64,000 bases of DNA, taken from a bacterium. Lineage in GTDB: Bacteria; Zhuqueibacterota; Zhuqueibacteria; Residuimicrobiales; Oceaniaggregativiventaceae. The DNA lies in assembly GCA_029565675.1 (NCBI GenBank), contig JAKQNP010000046.1:107595-171594 (forward strand), given 5' to 3'. A program made the position numbers and the translations under genes. The notes below the pieces were generated by a model, which was not told where the DNA came from, searched no databases, and was given only the letters and a program-made list of their open reading frames with translations. This document shows positions 1-9,008 of this stretch, piece after piece. Within the stretch, counting starts at the first letter, position 1, and the number at the start of each line of letters is the position of its first letter.

Positions 1-1083
1 GCGATTATCATCTTCCTGCCGGCCATTGCCCTTGCCGCGATGACCGGCATCCCGATAATCGGCTGCATCCTGATCATGGGGATTTTTTGCACGATCTATA
101 CCGTGCTGGGCGGGATCGAGGCGGTAATCTGGACAGATGTGCTGCAGGTCGTGGTGCTTACGGGTGGAGCTCTTCTCAGCTTGCTGCTCATCGTCCACAG
201 CATTCAGGGCGGCTGGAGTGAAATTTATCAAATCGCCCGCCAGGATCAGAAATTGCAGTTGTTCGATTGGCGTTGGGAATACACCGTCAGTTCTGTCTGG
301 GTGGTCTATCTCGGCGGTTTTTTCACCAATCTTATCCCCTATACTTCCGACCAGGTGGTTATTCAGCGCTACTTGACGACCGCGGATAGCAAACAGGCAG
401 CGCGATCCATTTGGACCAATGCCGGGCTGGCAATTCCCTCGGCTGTTCTGTTTTTCAGCCTTGGTACCGCTCTCTATGTCTTTTATAAACAAAATCCAGC
501 ATCGCTCAATCCAACCTTACAAACCGACGGCATTTTCCCCTGGTTTGTCACCAGCGAATTGCCGGCAGGAATCTCCGGCCTGATTGTCGCCGGCCTGTTC
601 GCCGCTGCGATGTCCAGCCTCGATAGCGGTATGAACAGTGTGGCAGCGGCAATCATAACCGATTGGCACCGTTTCAAGGCGGAAAAATCCTCAACTCATT
701 CTTTGCGCTCCGCTCGTTGGTTGACTCTGGTGATCGGAGCGGTTGCCACCAGCGCCGCGATCCTGCTGGCGTCGGCAAATATCCAATCGCTTTGGGATCT
801 TTTTATCAAACTGCTGGGGCTCCTGGGAGGCAGTTTGGCAGGCATGTTTGCTCTCGGCATCTTTACCCGCCGCTGCACCGGCAAAGGCGCCCTCACCGGT
901 GCAGCCGCCAGCGCTTTGCTGCTTTTTTGGGTGCAGTTCACCACATCCGTCCATTTGTTCTTGTACGGGGGAATTGGCTTGTTGAGCTGCATGGTGGTCG
1001 GATACCTGACCAGTCTTCTGGAATCACCGCCCTCTCTGGCACAACAGCGGTTGTCACTGCTGGGCAATAGGAGCCGGGAATAA
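1..1083 (+). CDS. Sodium:solute symporter (SSS family) permease, truncated at the 5' end by the window edge
   Basis: The frame is open from nt 1. It has the SSS signature GGIEAVIWTDVLQ and multiple hydrophobic helices. The stop is at 1083. Confidence 0.8.
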   Translation, partial: AIIIFLPAIALAAMTGIPIIGCILIMGIFCTIYTVLGGIEAVIWTDVLQVVVLTGGALLSLLLIVHSIQGGWSEIYQIARQDQKLQLFDWRWEYTVSSVWVVYLGGFFTNLIPYTSDQVVIQRYLTTADSKQAARSIWTNAGLAIPSAVLFFSLGTALYVFYKQNPASLNPTLQTDGIFPWFVTSELPAGISGLIVAGLFAAAMSSLDSGMNSVAAAIITDWHRFKAEKSSTHSLRSARWLTLVIGAVATSAAILLASANIQSLWDLFIKLLGLLGGSLAGMFALGIFTRRCTGKGALTGAAASALLLFWVQFTTSVHLFLYGGIGLLSCMVVGYLTSLLESPPSLAQQRLSLLGNRSRE

Positions 1084-1135
1084 ATCACAGGTTCTGCAAA
1101 CAACGCCAACATCATTCACAAACAAGGTAATCGAA

Positions 1136-2056
1136 ATGGAAAAACTGGTGGGTTTGGTGGTGCCGCCGTTCACGCCGATGCATGCCGACGGTAAAATCGA
1201 TCTTGACCGCATCGCGGATCTGGCGCGACTCTATGCCGGTTATGAAATCAGTGGTCTCTTTGTCTGCGGCTCGACCGGGGAGAGTTTTTCACTCACTGTT
1301 GCTGAACGGATTCAGATTGTTGAACGGTGGAGCGAGAAAATCGATCACCAGATGAAATTGATGGTTCATGTCGGCCACAATTGCCTCGAATCGGCGAAAA
1401 CCCTGGCCCAGCACGCCATGCAGATCGGTGCCGATTCGATAAGCGCGTGCTCGCCCAGTTTCTTCAAGCCCGCCACTCTCGATGAATTGATCGATTTTAT
1501 GGTCGAAGTGACGGGCGCTGCGCCCAATCTGCCCTTTTACTATTACCATATCCCCTCTGTAACCGGCGTCCATTTTCCCATGCGCCTTTTTCTCGAAAAG
1601 GCAGCTCCGCGCATTCCAAGTTTGTGCGGCATCAAATATACGTCGGAAAACCTATACGATTTGGGAGAATGTTTGACTTTTCAAAACGGCCGTTTTGATC
1701 TTTTATTCGGTTGCGATGAGATGCTGTTGGGAGGTCTGGCGATCGGTGTTAATGGGGCAATTGGCACCTTTTACAACTTTACTTCTCCGTTGTTCTCCGC
1801 CATGTTGCATGCCTTTGCCGGTGGGCAACTGGCAGAAGCGCAGCGATTGCAGGGAGTCGCGCGAAAAATCGTGGAACTCTATTTTCGCTATGGCGGCACG
1901 CTGGGAGTAGCCAAAGAAATGATGAAGCTGACCGGCATCGATTGCGGTCCCGTTCGGCTGCCTCTGCGGACTCTGGACAAGGAAAAAGCTGCTGCTCTGC
2001 AGCGCGAAATCGACCAGGCCGACTTGTTGCAATACTGGATGCGCTTCAAGTCCTGA
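1136..2056 (+). CDS. DapA/NanA-family class I aldolase (dihydrodipicolinate synthase / N-acetylneuraminate lyase family)
   Basis: The N-terminal region VPPFTP...GLFVCGSTGES is typical of the DapA/NAL family. The length (306 aa) fits. It is adjacent to the SSS transporter. Confidence 0.8.
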   Translation: MEKLVGLVVPPFTPMHADGKIDLDRIADLARLYAGYEISGLFVCGSTGESFSLTVAERIQIVERWSEKIDHQMKLMVHVGHNCLESAKTLAQHAMQIGADSISACSPSFFKPATLDELIDFMVEVTGAAPNLPFYYYHIPSVTGVHFPMRLFLEKAAPRIPSLCGIKYTSENLYDLGECLTFQNGRFDLLFGCDEMLLGGLAIGVNGAIGTFYNFTSPLFSAMLHAFAGGQLAEAQRLQGVARKIVELYFRYGGTLGVAKEMMKLTGIDCGPVRLPLRTLDKEKAAALQREIDQADLLQYWMRFKS

Positions 2057-2072
2057 CCGGGAAAGCAACACC

Positions 2073-3320
2073 CTACAAGAACATGATCCGGCAGATAAAG
2101 ACTGCCGCCAAAATTCCAGCCAAATCAGCGATCAGACCTGCTGGAATGGCAAAGCGGGTTTTTTTCACCTGCACGGCGCCGAAATAGACTGCGATGACAT
2201 AAAAAGTCGTCTCTGTGCAGCCATAGAGAGTCGACGCCAAACGGCCGATAAACGAATCGGCACCGTGGGTGTGGATCAATTCGGTGATGATTCCCAGAGA
2301 ACCGCTCCCGGACAGCGGCCGCATCAGCGCGGCCGGCAAAAGTTCCGCCGGCATTCCGATCAGCGCAGTGACCGGTGACAACAGACGAACAAAGAAATCC
2401 ATGCCCCCGCTGGCGCGAAACATACCAACCGCAACCAAAATGGCCACCAGGTAAGGGATGATGCGCACTGCCACCTGAAAGCCGTCTTTGGCGCCATCGA
2501 CAAAAACTTCATATACTTTGACTTTGCGGGTGAAGCCGATTGCCGGTATCATCAGCAGCAAGGTGGGTATCGCCCAGCGCGATATAAAGCCCACGCTGCG
2601 GCGGAAAAAATCGGGCGGCAGCCAGCTTCCCATCGTCTGCAGCCAGCCGGTTTGCAGGAACAGCAGCACCGCACCGATGAACAGTGCAAAAACCGATACT
2701 CCCTTCCAGGCTCGCAATAAACCGCCAAGAGCGTGTCTCCATCCCTGTTCCAGCGCGATGAAAAATTTGACGGCCAATACCGCAGTCAGGCTGGCCGTCA
2801 GAGATGAAAATATGGTTGTGCCGATGATTTCTGCAGGATTCTGTGAGCCAACTCCTGCCCGAACGGCTATGATGGTCATGGGTATAAGGGTAATGCTGGC
2901 CGTGTTCAGTCCAAGGAACATGATCATGGCATCAGAAGCGGTCTCTTTGTCTTCGTTCAGGGTTTGCAGGCTTTCCATGGCCTTGATTCCGAGTGGGGTG
3001 GCGGCATTGCCCAGTCCAAGCCAATTGGCGGAAAGGTTGAGAATCATCGCCCCTATTGCCGGATGATCGGATGGTATGCTGGGAAAAAGAAAACGGCTGA
3101 AAGGCTGAATCCCCCTGGCCAACAGACGGACCAACCCAGCCTCCTCAGCAATCTTCATTATTCCAAGCCACAAGGTCATAATGCCGATCAGATTGATCGC
3201 AATCGTGACCGCAGCACCTGCGCTGTCAAGAGCGGCTTGGGTTACCGCTTCGACTGAGCCCGTAAACACAGCGGTGATCACCGCAACGGCGACCAGAAAA
3301 AACCAGACATAATTCATCAT
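2073..3320 (-). CDS. Fused SpmA/SpmB-like nucleoside-recognition (Gate) domain membrane protein
   Basis: Two Gate-like hydrophobic halves resemble spore-maturation proteins A/B. The likely start is the internal MMNYVWFF, so the ORF track's extra 38 aa upstream are probably not translated. Confidence 0.6.
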   Translation of the reverse strand: MMNYVWFFLVAVAVITAVFTGSVEAVTQAALDSAGAAVTIAINLIGIMTLWLGIMKIAEEAGLVRLLARGIQPFSRFLFPSIPSDHPAIGAMILNLSANWLGLGNAATPLGIKAMESLQTLNEDKETASDAMIMFLGLNTASITLIPMTIIAVRAGVGSQNPAEIIGTTIFSSLTASLTAVLAVKFFIALEQGWRHALGGLLRAWKGVSVFALFIGAVLLFLQTGWLQTMGSWLPPDFFRRSVGFISRWAIPTLLLMIPAIGFTRKVKVYEVFVDGAKDGFQVAVRIIPYLVAILVAVGMFRASGGMDFFVRLLSPVTALIGMPAELLPAALMRPLSGSGSLGIITELIHTHGADSFIGRLASTLYGCTETTFYVIAVYFGAVQVKKTRFAIPAGLIADLAGILAAVFICRIMFL

Positions 3321-3620
3321 CTTTGCCAAACTCTCCAAACCAAATGCTGTTCTTTTATCGACCGCAACAAATCGCGTGTTTCCAATGCGAAGCGAATCGC
3401 CGGTTTGCACATGCAACCTTTTGGATCGTGACACAACAACTGGGAAAATTCAGATTCCGCCAACCGTATGATGTCCAATGATTTCTCCATTCGCCTAGCG
3501 GCGAAACGGAATCCAGAACGCAATCATCGGCCAGGTCTGGTGTTTGCAAATTAAGAATTTTGTCACCAGAAGCAAGGTTTTTATGGCTGACGAGTTTTCT
3601 TGTGCAGCGCAACAAAATAC

Positions 3621-3649
3621 TTGAAAGATTCTTTTCTTATTTGTAAATT
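3621..3649 (+). promoter_or_regulatory. Sigma-70-like promoter: TTGAAA, 17-nt spacer, TAAATT; about 170 nt upstream of the ferredoxin start
   Basis: The hexamers and the 17-nt spacing were read directly from the sequence. Confidence 0.35.
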
Positions 3650-3822
3650 TGCGCCGTAACTATCGATAGAGCTGCACCTTGCTCCAAAACGATCGCCTTG
3701 GCGGCAGCAGGAGAACGGTAATCCGCTTTCTCTTACCATCGAAGAAACAAAGGTTAGTCAAACAGTCTGAATTGAGGAAACTCTCTGGCTGTTAAGTGGG
3801 AATCCAATTATGGAGGTTAGAA

Positions 3823-4011
3823 ATGAAAGTTAAAGTTGATCCCGATCTCTGCACCGCATGTGAACTGTGTGTTGATTCTGTTCCTGATGTGTTCGAGATG
3901 GGTGACGATGTGGCACAGGTTAAGGTAAAAGTAGTGCCGAGTGATCTCGAAGACGATGTGCGCGATGCAGCGGATTCCTGTCCGGCCGAAGCGATCATTA
4001 TCGAGGAGTAA
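3823..4011 (+). CDS. Small single-cluster [4Fe-4S]/[3Fe-4S] ferredoxin
   Basis: MKVKVDPDLCTACELCVDSVP...DSCPAEAI gives CxxCxxC...CP. A GGAGG RBS lies 8 nt upstream of ATG 3823. The track's longer ORF from 3796 is rejected. Confidence 0.85.
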   Translation: MKVKVDPDLCTACELCVDSVPDVFEMGDDVAQVKVKVVPSDLEDDVRDAADSCPAEAIIIEE

Positions 4012-4042
4012 TTTTTTCTCTAGTTAATGCTTTTAGCCAGAT

Positions 4043-4085
4043 AAAAAAAACGAGGGCTGATCATTTGCATCAGCCCTTTTTTTTT
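4043..4085. terminator. Bidirectional rho-independent terminator between convergent genes
   Basis: An A8 run is followed by the stem GGGCTGA/TCAGCCC with a 9-nt loop, then a T9 run. This serves the ferredoxin gene (+) and the beta-helix gene (-). Confidence 0.65.
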
Positions 4086-4122
4086 GCATTCCCGCCGACC
4101 GTTCTCTTTGCCGATGCAGCCA

Positions 4123-6501
4123 TCATTTGCTGTAGACAATCTTGTGCATATAGCTCTGATTGGCGGCTGTGAGATGAATCAAATAGACCCCACTGGCAAC
4201 GGGTCGATTTTGCTCATCCAATCCATTCCAGCTCACTTCGTGCTGACCGGCTTCAAGCGTTCCGTCGAACAACAGCTTGACCGTTTCCCCGGCGAGGTTT
4301 AAAACCTTGAATGTCAGGTATTTCGCCTGCAAGAGGGTGAAAGCCAACCTCATTTCGCTGTTGAACGGATTGGGATAGGGCGTCGATATTTCGATGAATT
4401 CGGGGGTGGATTGGCTGATTTCGATGGTGCTGGAAAGCGTTTCATTTCCCTGTAAATCAACCTGGCGCAATCGATACCAACTTTTTCCTTCCAACGGCGT
4501 TGGGTCGATAAAATGATAGGTCATCCCATACTGGGAGAGGCCTTTTGCTGCGACAAAGGCCTGATCCTGCCAGCTTTCCGCATCCTGACTGCGCTGAACA
4601 TAGAAACCGAACAGGTTGTTTTCGAGTGCGGTTTGCCAGCCGAGTTTGACCTGGCCGTTCTCGCCGGCGGTGCCGTTGAAGTTGATCACCTCAACCGGCA
4701 TGATGAAAACCGCTGACAGGGCAGAAGTGTTGCCTTTGGGATCAGTTGCAGTTGCCTGCAAAAAAAATCTGTTGATCTTGAGAATGAGAGAAAACTGCCC
4801 GCTGCTGTCCGCCACCGTGTCGCCGATATAACTGGGGCACTCTTCATGATTGGCTCCATACAACTCGATCTTTGCGTCCGGTGTGGCGACACCATGGATA
4901 CCCTGTCGATCGATAAAAGTCAACACCGGCGGCTCGATGTTGCTGTTTGCTCCCTTTTCCAACAGAATCTGCGCTGTTTTGTTGTGGCGCAAGATGTTGC
5001 GCGTGATTCGATTTTGCCGGGTCGATTCACCTCGCATCCAGATGCCGGGTCGTTTGTTGTTTTGAATGCAATTGTTAGGTCCGATTGTGTTCGACATGGC
5101 ACCATTTTTCAGGAAAAGTCCACCGTTATAGCGGGTGGCCAGACGACTATCCGGTGTTGAACCCAACCAATTGCCCACTACCTCGATATCCCGGCAGCCG
5201 CTCAGACATAGCGCAGAGATGGGATTTGCTTCCTGGTCATCGACATCCGCGATGACCAGGTTGTCCGGACCGATTTTAACTCTGCTCGGGCCCTCCTCGG
5301 AAAGCCCCGGATGCAGGAAAATGGCGTGCAAACCGTTTGTCACAATGTTCTTTTGCTCGGCATCGACGCCGATCCAGTTGTTGAGGATGTTTGTCCCTGC
5401 ACATGGACCTTCGAGCAAAATGCCGTATTCGAGATTGCCGGATAGGCAGTTGCGGCTCGTTGCCGCCTCGCTGCCGATACAGGTGCCTTGGGGGCCGTCT
5501 TCGCCGCCGGGGTTGGCGGGTCGAACGGCGATGCCCGCCTGCCAATTTGCGGCTGCTTTCCGTCCACTGCAATCCAGGCCGATCCAGTTGCCCATAATGC
5601 GGTTGCTGTCCGTGTTGGTCGATTGCAGGCAAATGCCGTCGCCCATGTTTCCGGAAATGATGTTGCCTTGGCCGGTCAAAATGCCGCCGATTTCGTTATG
5701 TCGACTGCCGTTCAGCAAATAGACTGCCGGATGGTGCGGTCCAACATTCTGTTCACTGGATGCAGAATCCCAACCGTTGCATCGGTCGACCTGGTCATTG
5801 CTGAGTGAACCGATTCGATTCCCCTGAATCAAATTTCGGTGTGAGCCGTCAATCTTGATGGCGCTTTCAGCCAATGCTTGAAAGGTGTTGCCCTGTTGCG
5901 GTTCTGTGCCGCCGATCAGATTATCCGAAGCCCCCTCAGCAATGAGGATGCCCCCGGATTTTGCGGTTGGCTGGTCGGTTTTCCCGTCTTGCCCAACAAA
6001 CGCGCAACCAACCACCTGGTTAAAGCGCGCTTGTTCACCAGTGATCGTCAAAGCATACGCCTGACAACGAATCCATCCAATCGCAACGATGCGGTTATGG
6101 GACGATCGAATTTCCAAAAGAGGTTTCCCGGGCGGCAATCGGCTGCCATCGATTTGCACAGCGGTTCTGTTTTTGTCGGAGCCAACCCAATTCGCCTCGA
6201 TCACCGTACCGTCATCTGTTAATCGAGGTAAGGGAGTCTGGGGAAAAATCGTCCACGTTCCAGCAACACTGTCATGGTTTAAATCGTTTATGGGAAGATT
6301 AAAGCGGATGGTGTCCGGTCCAAAATACTCCTGGCTTTCGTGGAGAGCGCTTCTCAGACTGGCTGGTCCTTCGTCTGCGGTCGTGCCAACATGCAGAACC
6401 CGCGCATCAGATGTGGAAACAATAAAAAGATAGAAAAAGGCCGCAGCTAAATGAATCTGCAAAGATCCAGCGATTTGATTGCTGGTCGGTTTGATCAACA
6501 T
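4123..6501 (-). CDS. Secreted right-handed parallel beta-helix repeat protein with a T9SS C-terminal sorting domain
   Basis: Repeated NNWIG/GNWIGLD beta-helix motifs are present. The C-terminus YPNPFNSEMRLAF...GQHEVSWNGLDEQNRPVASGVYLIHL matches the Por-secretion tail. The N-terminus is hydrophobic. Confidence 0.75.
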   Translation of the reverse strand: MLIKPTSNQIAGSLQIHLAAAFFYLFIVSTSDARVLHVGTTADEGPASLRSALHESQEYFGPDTIRFNLPINDLNHDSVAGTWTIFPQTPLPRLTDDGTVIEANWVGSDKNRTAVQIDGSRLPPGKPLLEIRSSHNRIVAIGWIRCQAYALTITGEQARFNQVVGCAFVGQDGKTDQPTAKSGGILIAEGASDNLIGGTEPQQGNTFQALAESAIKIDGSHRNLIQGNRIGSLSNDQVDRCNGWDSASSEQNVGPHHPAVYLLNGSRHNEIGGILTGQGNIISGNMGDGICLQSTNTDSNRIMGNWIGLDCSGRKAAANWQAGIAVRPANPGGEDGPQGTCIGSEAATSRNCLSGNLEYGILLEGPCAGTNILNNWIGVDAEQKNIVTNGLHAIFLHPGLSEEGPSRVKIGPDNLVIADVDDQEANPISALCLSGCRDIEVVGNWLGSTPDSRLATRYNGGLFLKNGAMSNTIGPNNCIQNNKRPGIWMRGESTRQNRITRNILRHNKTAQILLEKGANSNIEPPVLTFIDRQGIHGVATPDAKIELYGANHEECPSYIGDTVADSSGQFSLILKINRFFLQATATDPKGNTSALSAVFIMPVEVINFNGTAGENGQVKLGWQTALENNLFGFYVQRSQDAESWQDQAFVAAKGLSQYGMTYHFIDPTPLEGKSWYRLRQVDLQGNETLSSTIEISQSTPEFIEISTPYPNPFNSEMRLAFTLLQAKYLTFKVLNLAGETVKLLFDGTLEAGQHEVSWNGLDEQNRPVASGVYLIHLTAANQSYMHKIVYSK

Positions 6502-6738
6502 CTTTTGTATATACCTTTCGCTAACCGCAAGTGCTCCGGCAGAGACCCGTTTTCTGCTTTAATGAGCGTTATTATAACTCTTTTATTGCTCAGATGCAAA
6601 TCAAAACGCGAAAAATTCCTGTCGCTGCAAAGCCCATGCACCCAATGGATAGAGTGCTGCAATCGAGTCCTGCAGTCGCTCTCGCGACGGCGATCCAGAA
6701 CACGGCTGATCTTGGACCACAGAAGCGGTAAATTTGCA

Positions 6739-6767
6739 TTGCAAATTTGTCTGGTGTTGAGTATAAT
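6739..6767 (+). promoter_or_regulatory. Canonical sigma-70 promoter: TTGCAA, 17-nt spacer, TATAAT; directly upstream of the radical SAM gene
   Basis: Hexamers and spacing were read from the sequence. A GAGG RBS follows, then ATG 6794. Confidence 0.5.
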
Positions 6768-6793
6768 CTTTTTTATTCATTTGAGGTTCAAGC

Positions 6794-8089
6794 ATGGCAT
6801 TGAAATCGGCACCTCGCCCGGCTCTCTTGGTCAGCGACAGCGGTGGCAAAATTTTCGAAATTCCGCAACTGCAAATGATAGGCATGCGCATGTATCACCC
6901 GGTTCTGCCTGATGATACAGAATTGATTCCGCTGCCCAATGGCAGCAATCTGTTTCATCTGCCGGAACGCATTGCCCTTGCCTATGATCCACGCAAAGAT
7001 GAGATCGTGCAAATTGTGAATTACCGCGGCAATCGTGTCTATCCGGTCGCTGCCTTTCTTGCCCCGGCTTACACGCAGCTCTTTCGCGCTGCTTTTTTGC
7101 GTGAAAGCGAAACAACGGTGCGGCTGCCGCTCTATGCCTATGCCGCAGTCGGATGGCGACCACAAGGATTTTTTACGACTGCGATCCGTGTTGACGCCGA
7201 TGTCCGGCAAGATCTCGATCAGTTCGATGAACAGATGATTGAAAGAGGTGCAGAGGTCGCCTTGACCCGCTACCCAAACAATCGACTGGTCAGGCATTTG
7301 GTCGAGAATTGCGTCCGCCGCTATGGATGCCCGGCAGCGCGCAATTTTGTCCTCGGCCGTTGGGAATGTCCGGCGCCGGTCAGTCCAAGCTGCAACGCCC
7401 GTTGTGTTGGTTGTATTTCTCACCAACAGACCGAAACCGGCGTTACCGCCAGCCAGGAGCGCATCGCTTTTATTCCTTCAGTCGAAGAGATCGCTGAATT
7501 CACTGTCGATCATCTGCGCAATGCACCTCAGGCAGTTGTCAGCTTTGGTCAGGGGTGCGAAGGAGAACCATTGACGCAGGGACTTTTGCTCGAAGAGAGT
7601 ATCACTGCCATCCGCAAGCAGACAGATCGCGGAACGATCAACTTGAACAGCAACGCTTCAAAACCTCTGGTGATCGAAAGATTGTGCCGAGCGGGCCTGG
7701 ACAGTCTGCGCGTAAGTGTCAACAGCGTGCAGCCTGAATACTATGAACGCTATTATCGTCCGCGCGACTATTCATTTGCTGATGTGATCGAGTCGATCAG
7801 AGTGGCGAGAAAACAGCGCATCTGGATTTCACTGAACTATTTCATTTTTCCGGGTTTTACCGACCGGGAAGAAGAGATCGACGCGCTCTTGCCGTTGTTG
7901 CAGAGTTTCCGCATCGATATGATTCAGATGCGCAATCTGAATATGGATCCAGACTGGATGATCGAAGCCCTGTCACTGGATAAAGATGAGTCGTCGAGTT
8001 GCGGCATTCGCAAATGGATGGAAAGAGTGCGACAGGCTGCCCCATGGATTCGATTCGGCTATTTCAACCCGGCATTACAAGCCAAATAA
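6794..8089 (+). CDS. Radical SAM protein with a ~190-aa N-terminal domain of unknown function
   Basis: A CNARCVGC (CxxxCxxC) motif sits near residue 200. There is no C-terminal SPASM-like Cys cluster. It is monocistronic and has its own promoter. Confidence 0.8.
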   Translation: MALKSAPRPALLVSDSGGKIFEIPQLQMIGMRMYHPVLPDDTELIPLPNGSNLFHLPERIALAYDPRKDEIVQIVNYRGNRVYPVAAFLAPAYTQLFRAAFLRESETTVRLPLYAYAAVGWRPQGFFTTAIRVDADVRQDLDQFDEQMIERGAEVALTRYPNNRLVRHLVENCVRRYGCPAARNFVLGRWECPAPVSPSCNARCVGCISHQQTETGVTASQERIAFIPSVEEIAEFTVDHLRNAPQAVVSFGQGCEGEPLTQGLLLEESITAIRKQTDRGTINLNSNASKPLVIERLCRAGLDSLRVSVNSVQPEYYERYYRPRDYSFADVIESIRVARKQRIWISLNYFIFPGFTDREEEIDALLPLLQSFRIDMIQMRNLNMDPDWMIEALSLDKDESSSCGIRKWMERVRQAAPWIRFGYFNPALQAK

Positions 8090-8390
8090 TTCTATCGGCG
8101 AACCATAAAAAAATAAAAAAAAGGCAAAAAAACCTTTGCAGCTTTGCGCGAATTCTTTAGATTGCCTGTAATATAAAAATGCAACGCCTCAGACATGCTG
8201 CCGAAACTACTTTCCCTCGCGGGTCGTCCATTTGCCTTTAGCGAACGAAGGGGCGTTTAATCACGGCGAAAGTGTTTCACGCTTACAGATCGCGATCATT
8301 GAGGCATATAGTTCATTGGATCTGCAATAGAATTGCTGCAGGACTTCTATTGCTTGAGGGGTGCAACTCATTTAGGGTAAGGGGTTTAGC

Positions 8391-8720
8391 ATGGAAATCA
8401 CAGAGATCAGCATCAAACTGAGGAATGAAAAAAAATTAAAGGCATTTGTCAATGTGACTTTTGACAATATGTTTGCCGTTAAAGGGCTCAAAATTATCCA
8501 GAGCAAAACCGGATTGATTCTATGCATGCCATCGCGCCGTGCCGAAGATGGCAGCCAACGCGATGTTGCACATCCGATCAGCAAGGATTTTCGTTCCCGC
8601 CTTGAAAAAGAAGTCTTTTCTGAATATGAACATGTGTTGACGCGGGCCGAACGCGGTGATCACAGCGTCTATGCCGACATCGATGACGATAATTATGTGA
8701 TGGAAGAGGAGAAAGATTAG
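8391..8720 (+). CDS. spoVG: Septation protein SpoVG
   Basis: MEITEISIKLRNEKKLKAFVNVTFDNMFAVKGLKIIQSKTGLILCMPSRRAEDGSQRDVAHPI is a near-textbook SpoVG N-terminus. Confidence 0.9.
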   Translation: MEITEISIKLRNEKKLKAFVNVTFDNMFAVKGLKIIQSKTGLILCMPSRRAEDGSQRDVAHPISKDFRSRLEKEVFSEYEHVLTRAERGDHSVYADIDDDNYVMEEEKD

Positions 8721-8863
8721 AGCGCATCTTTTTTCGCATCCGATGGGAGTGCACGATGAAAGGAAATGCATCTCCATGCATCGATGACAAAATGCTGCAA
8801 ACTCTCACCTTAGGTTGCAAACCTGCTGACCCCACCAATCGATACACGGACGAATTCAATGCC

Positions 8864-8902
8864 GAGTCGGAATCCCAAGGATTCCGACTCGATCCCTTTT
8901 TC
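8864..8902 (+). terminator. Intrinsic terminator downstream of spoVG
   Basis: An 11-bp stem GAGTCGGAATC/GATTCCGACTC has a 5-nt loop. It is followed by GATCCCTTTTTCC. Confidence 0.5.
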
Positions 8903-9008
8903 CCCGATTCCCCACATTTTTCAAATTGTCTCCATCCGCAGATTTTTGATTCAGCGACTGTGGCCGCTGATTGTGATGCAACAATGAGTAAAAAAATGTG
9001 ATGCAACT

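Noticed and set aside
8756-9001. 81-aa ORF downstream of spoVG
   Set aside because: It contains the 11-bp-stem intrinsic terminator within its reading frame and has no RBS.
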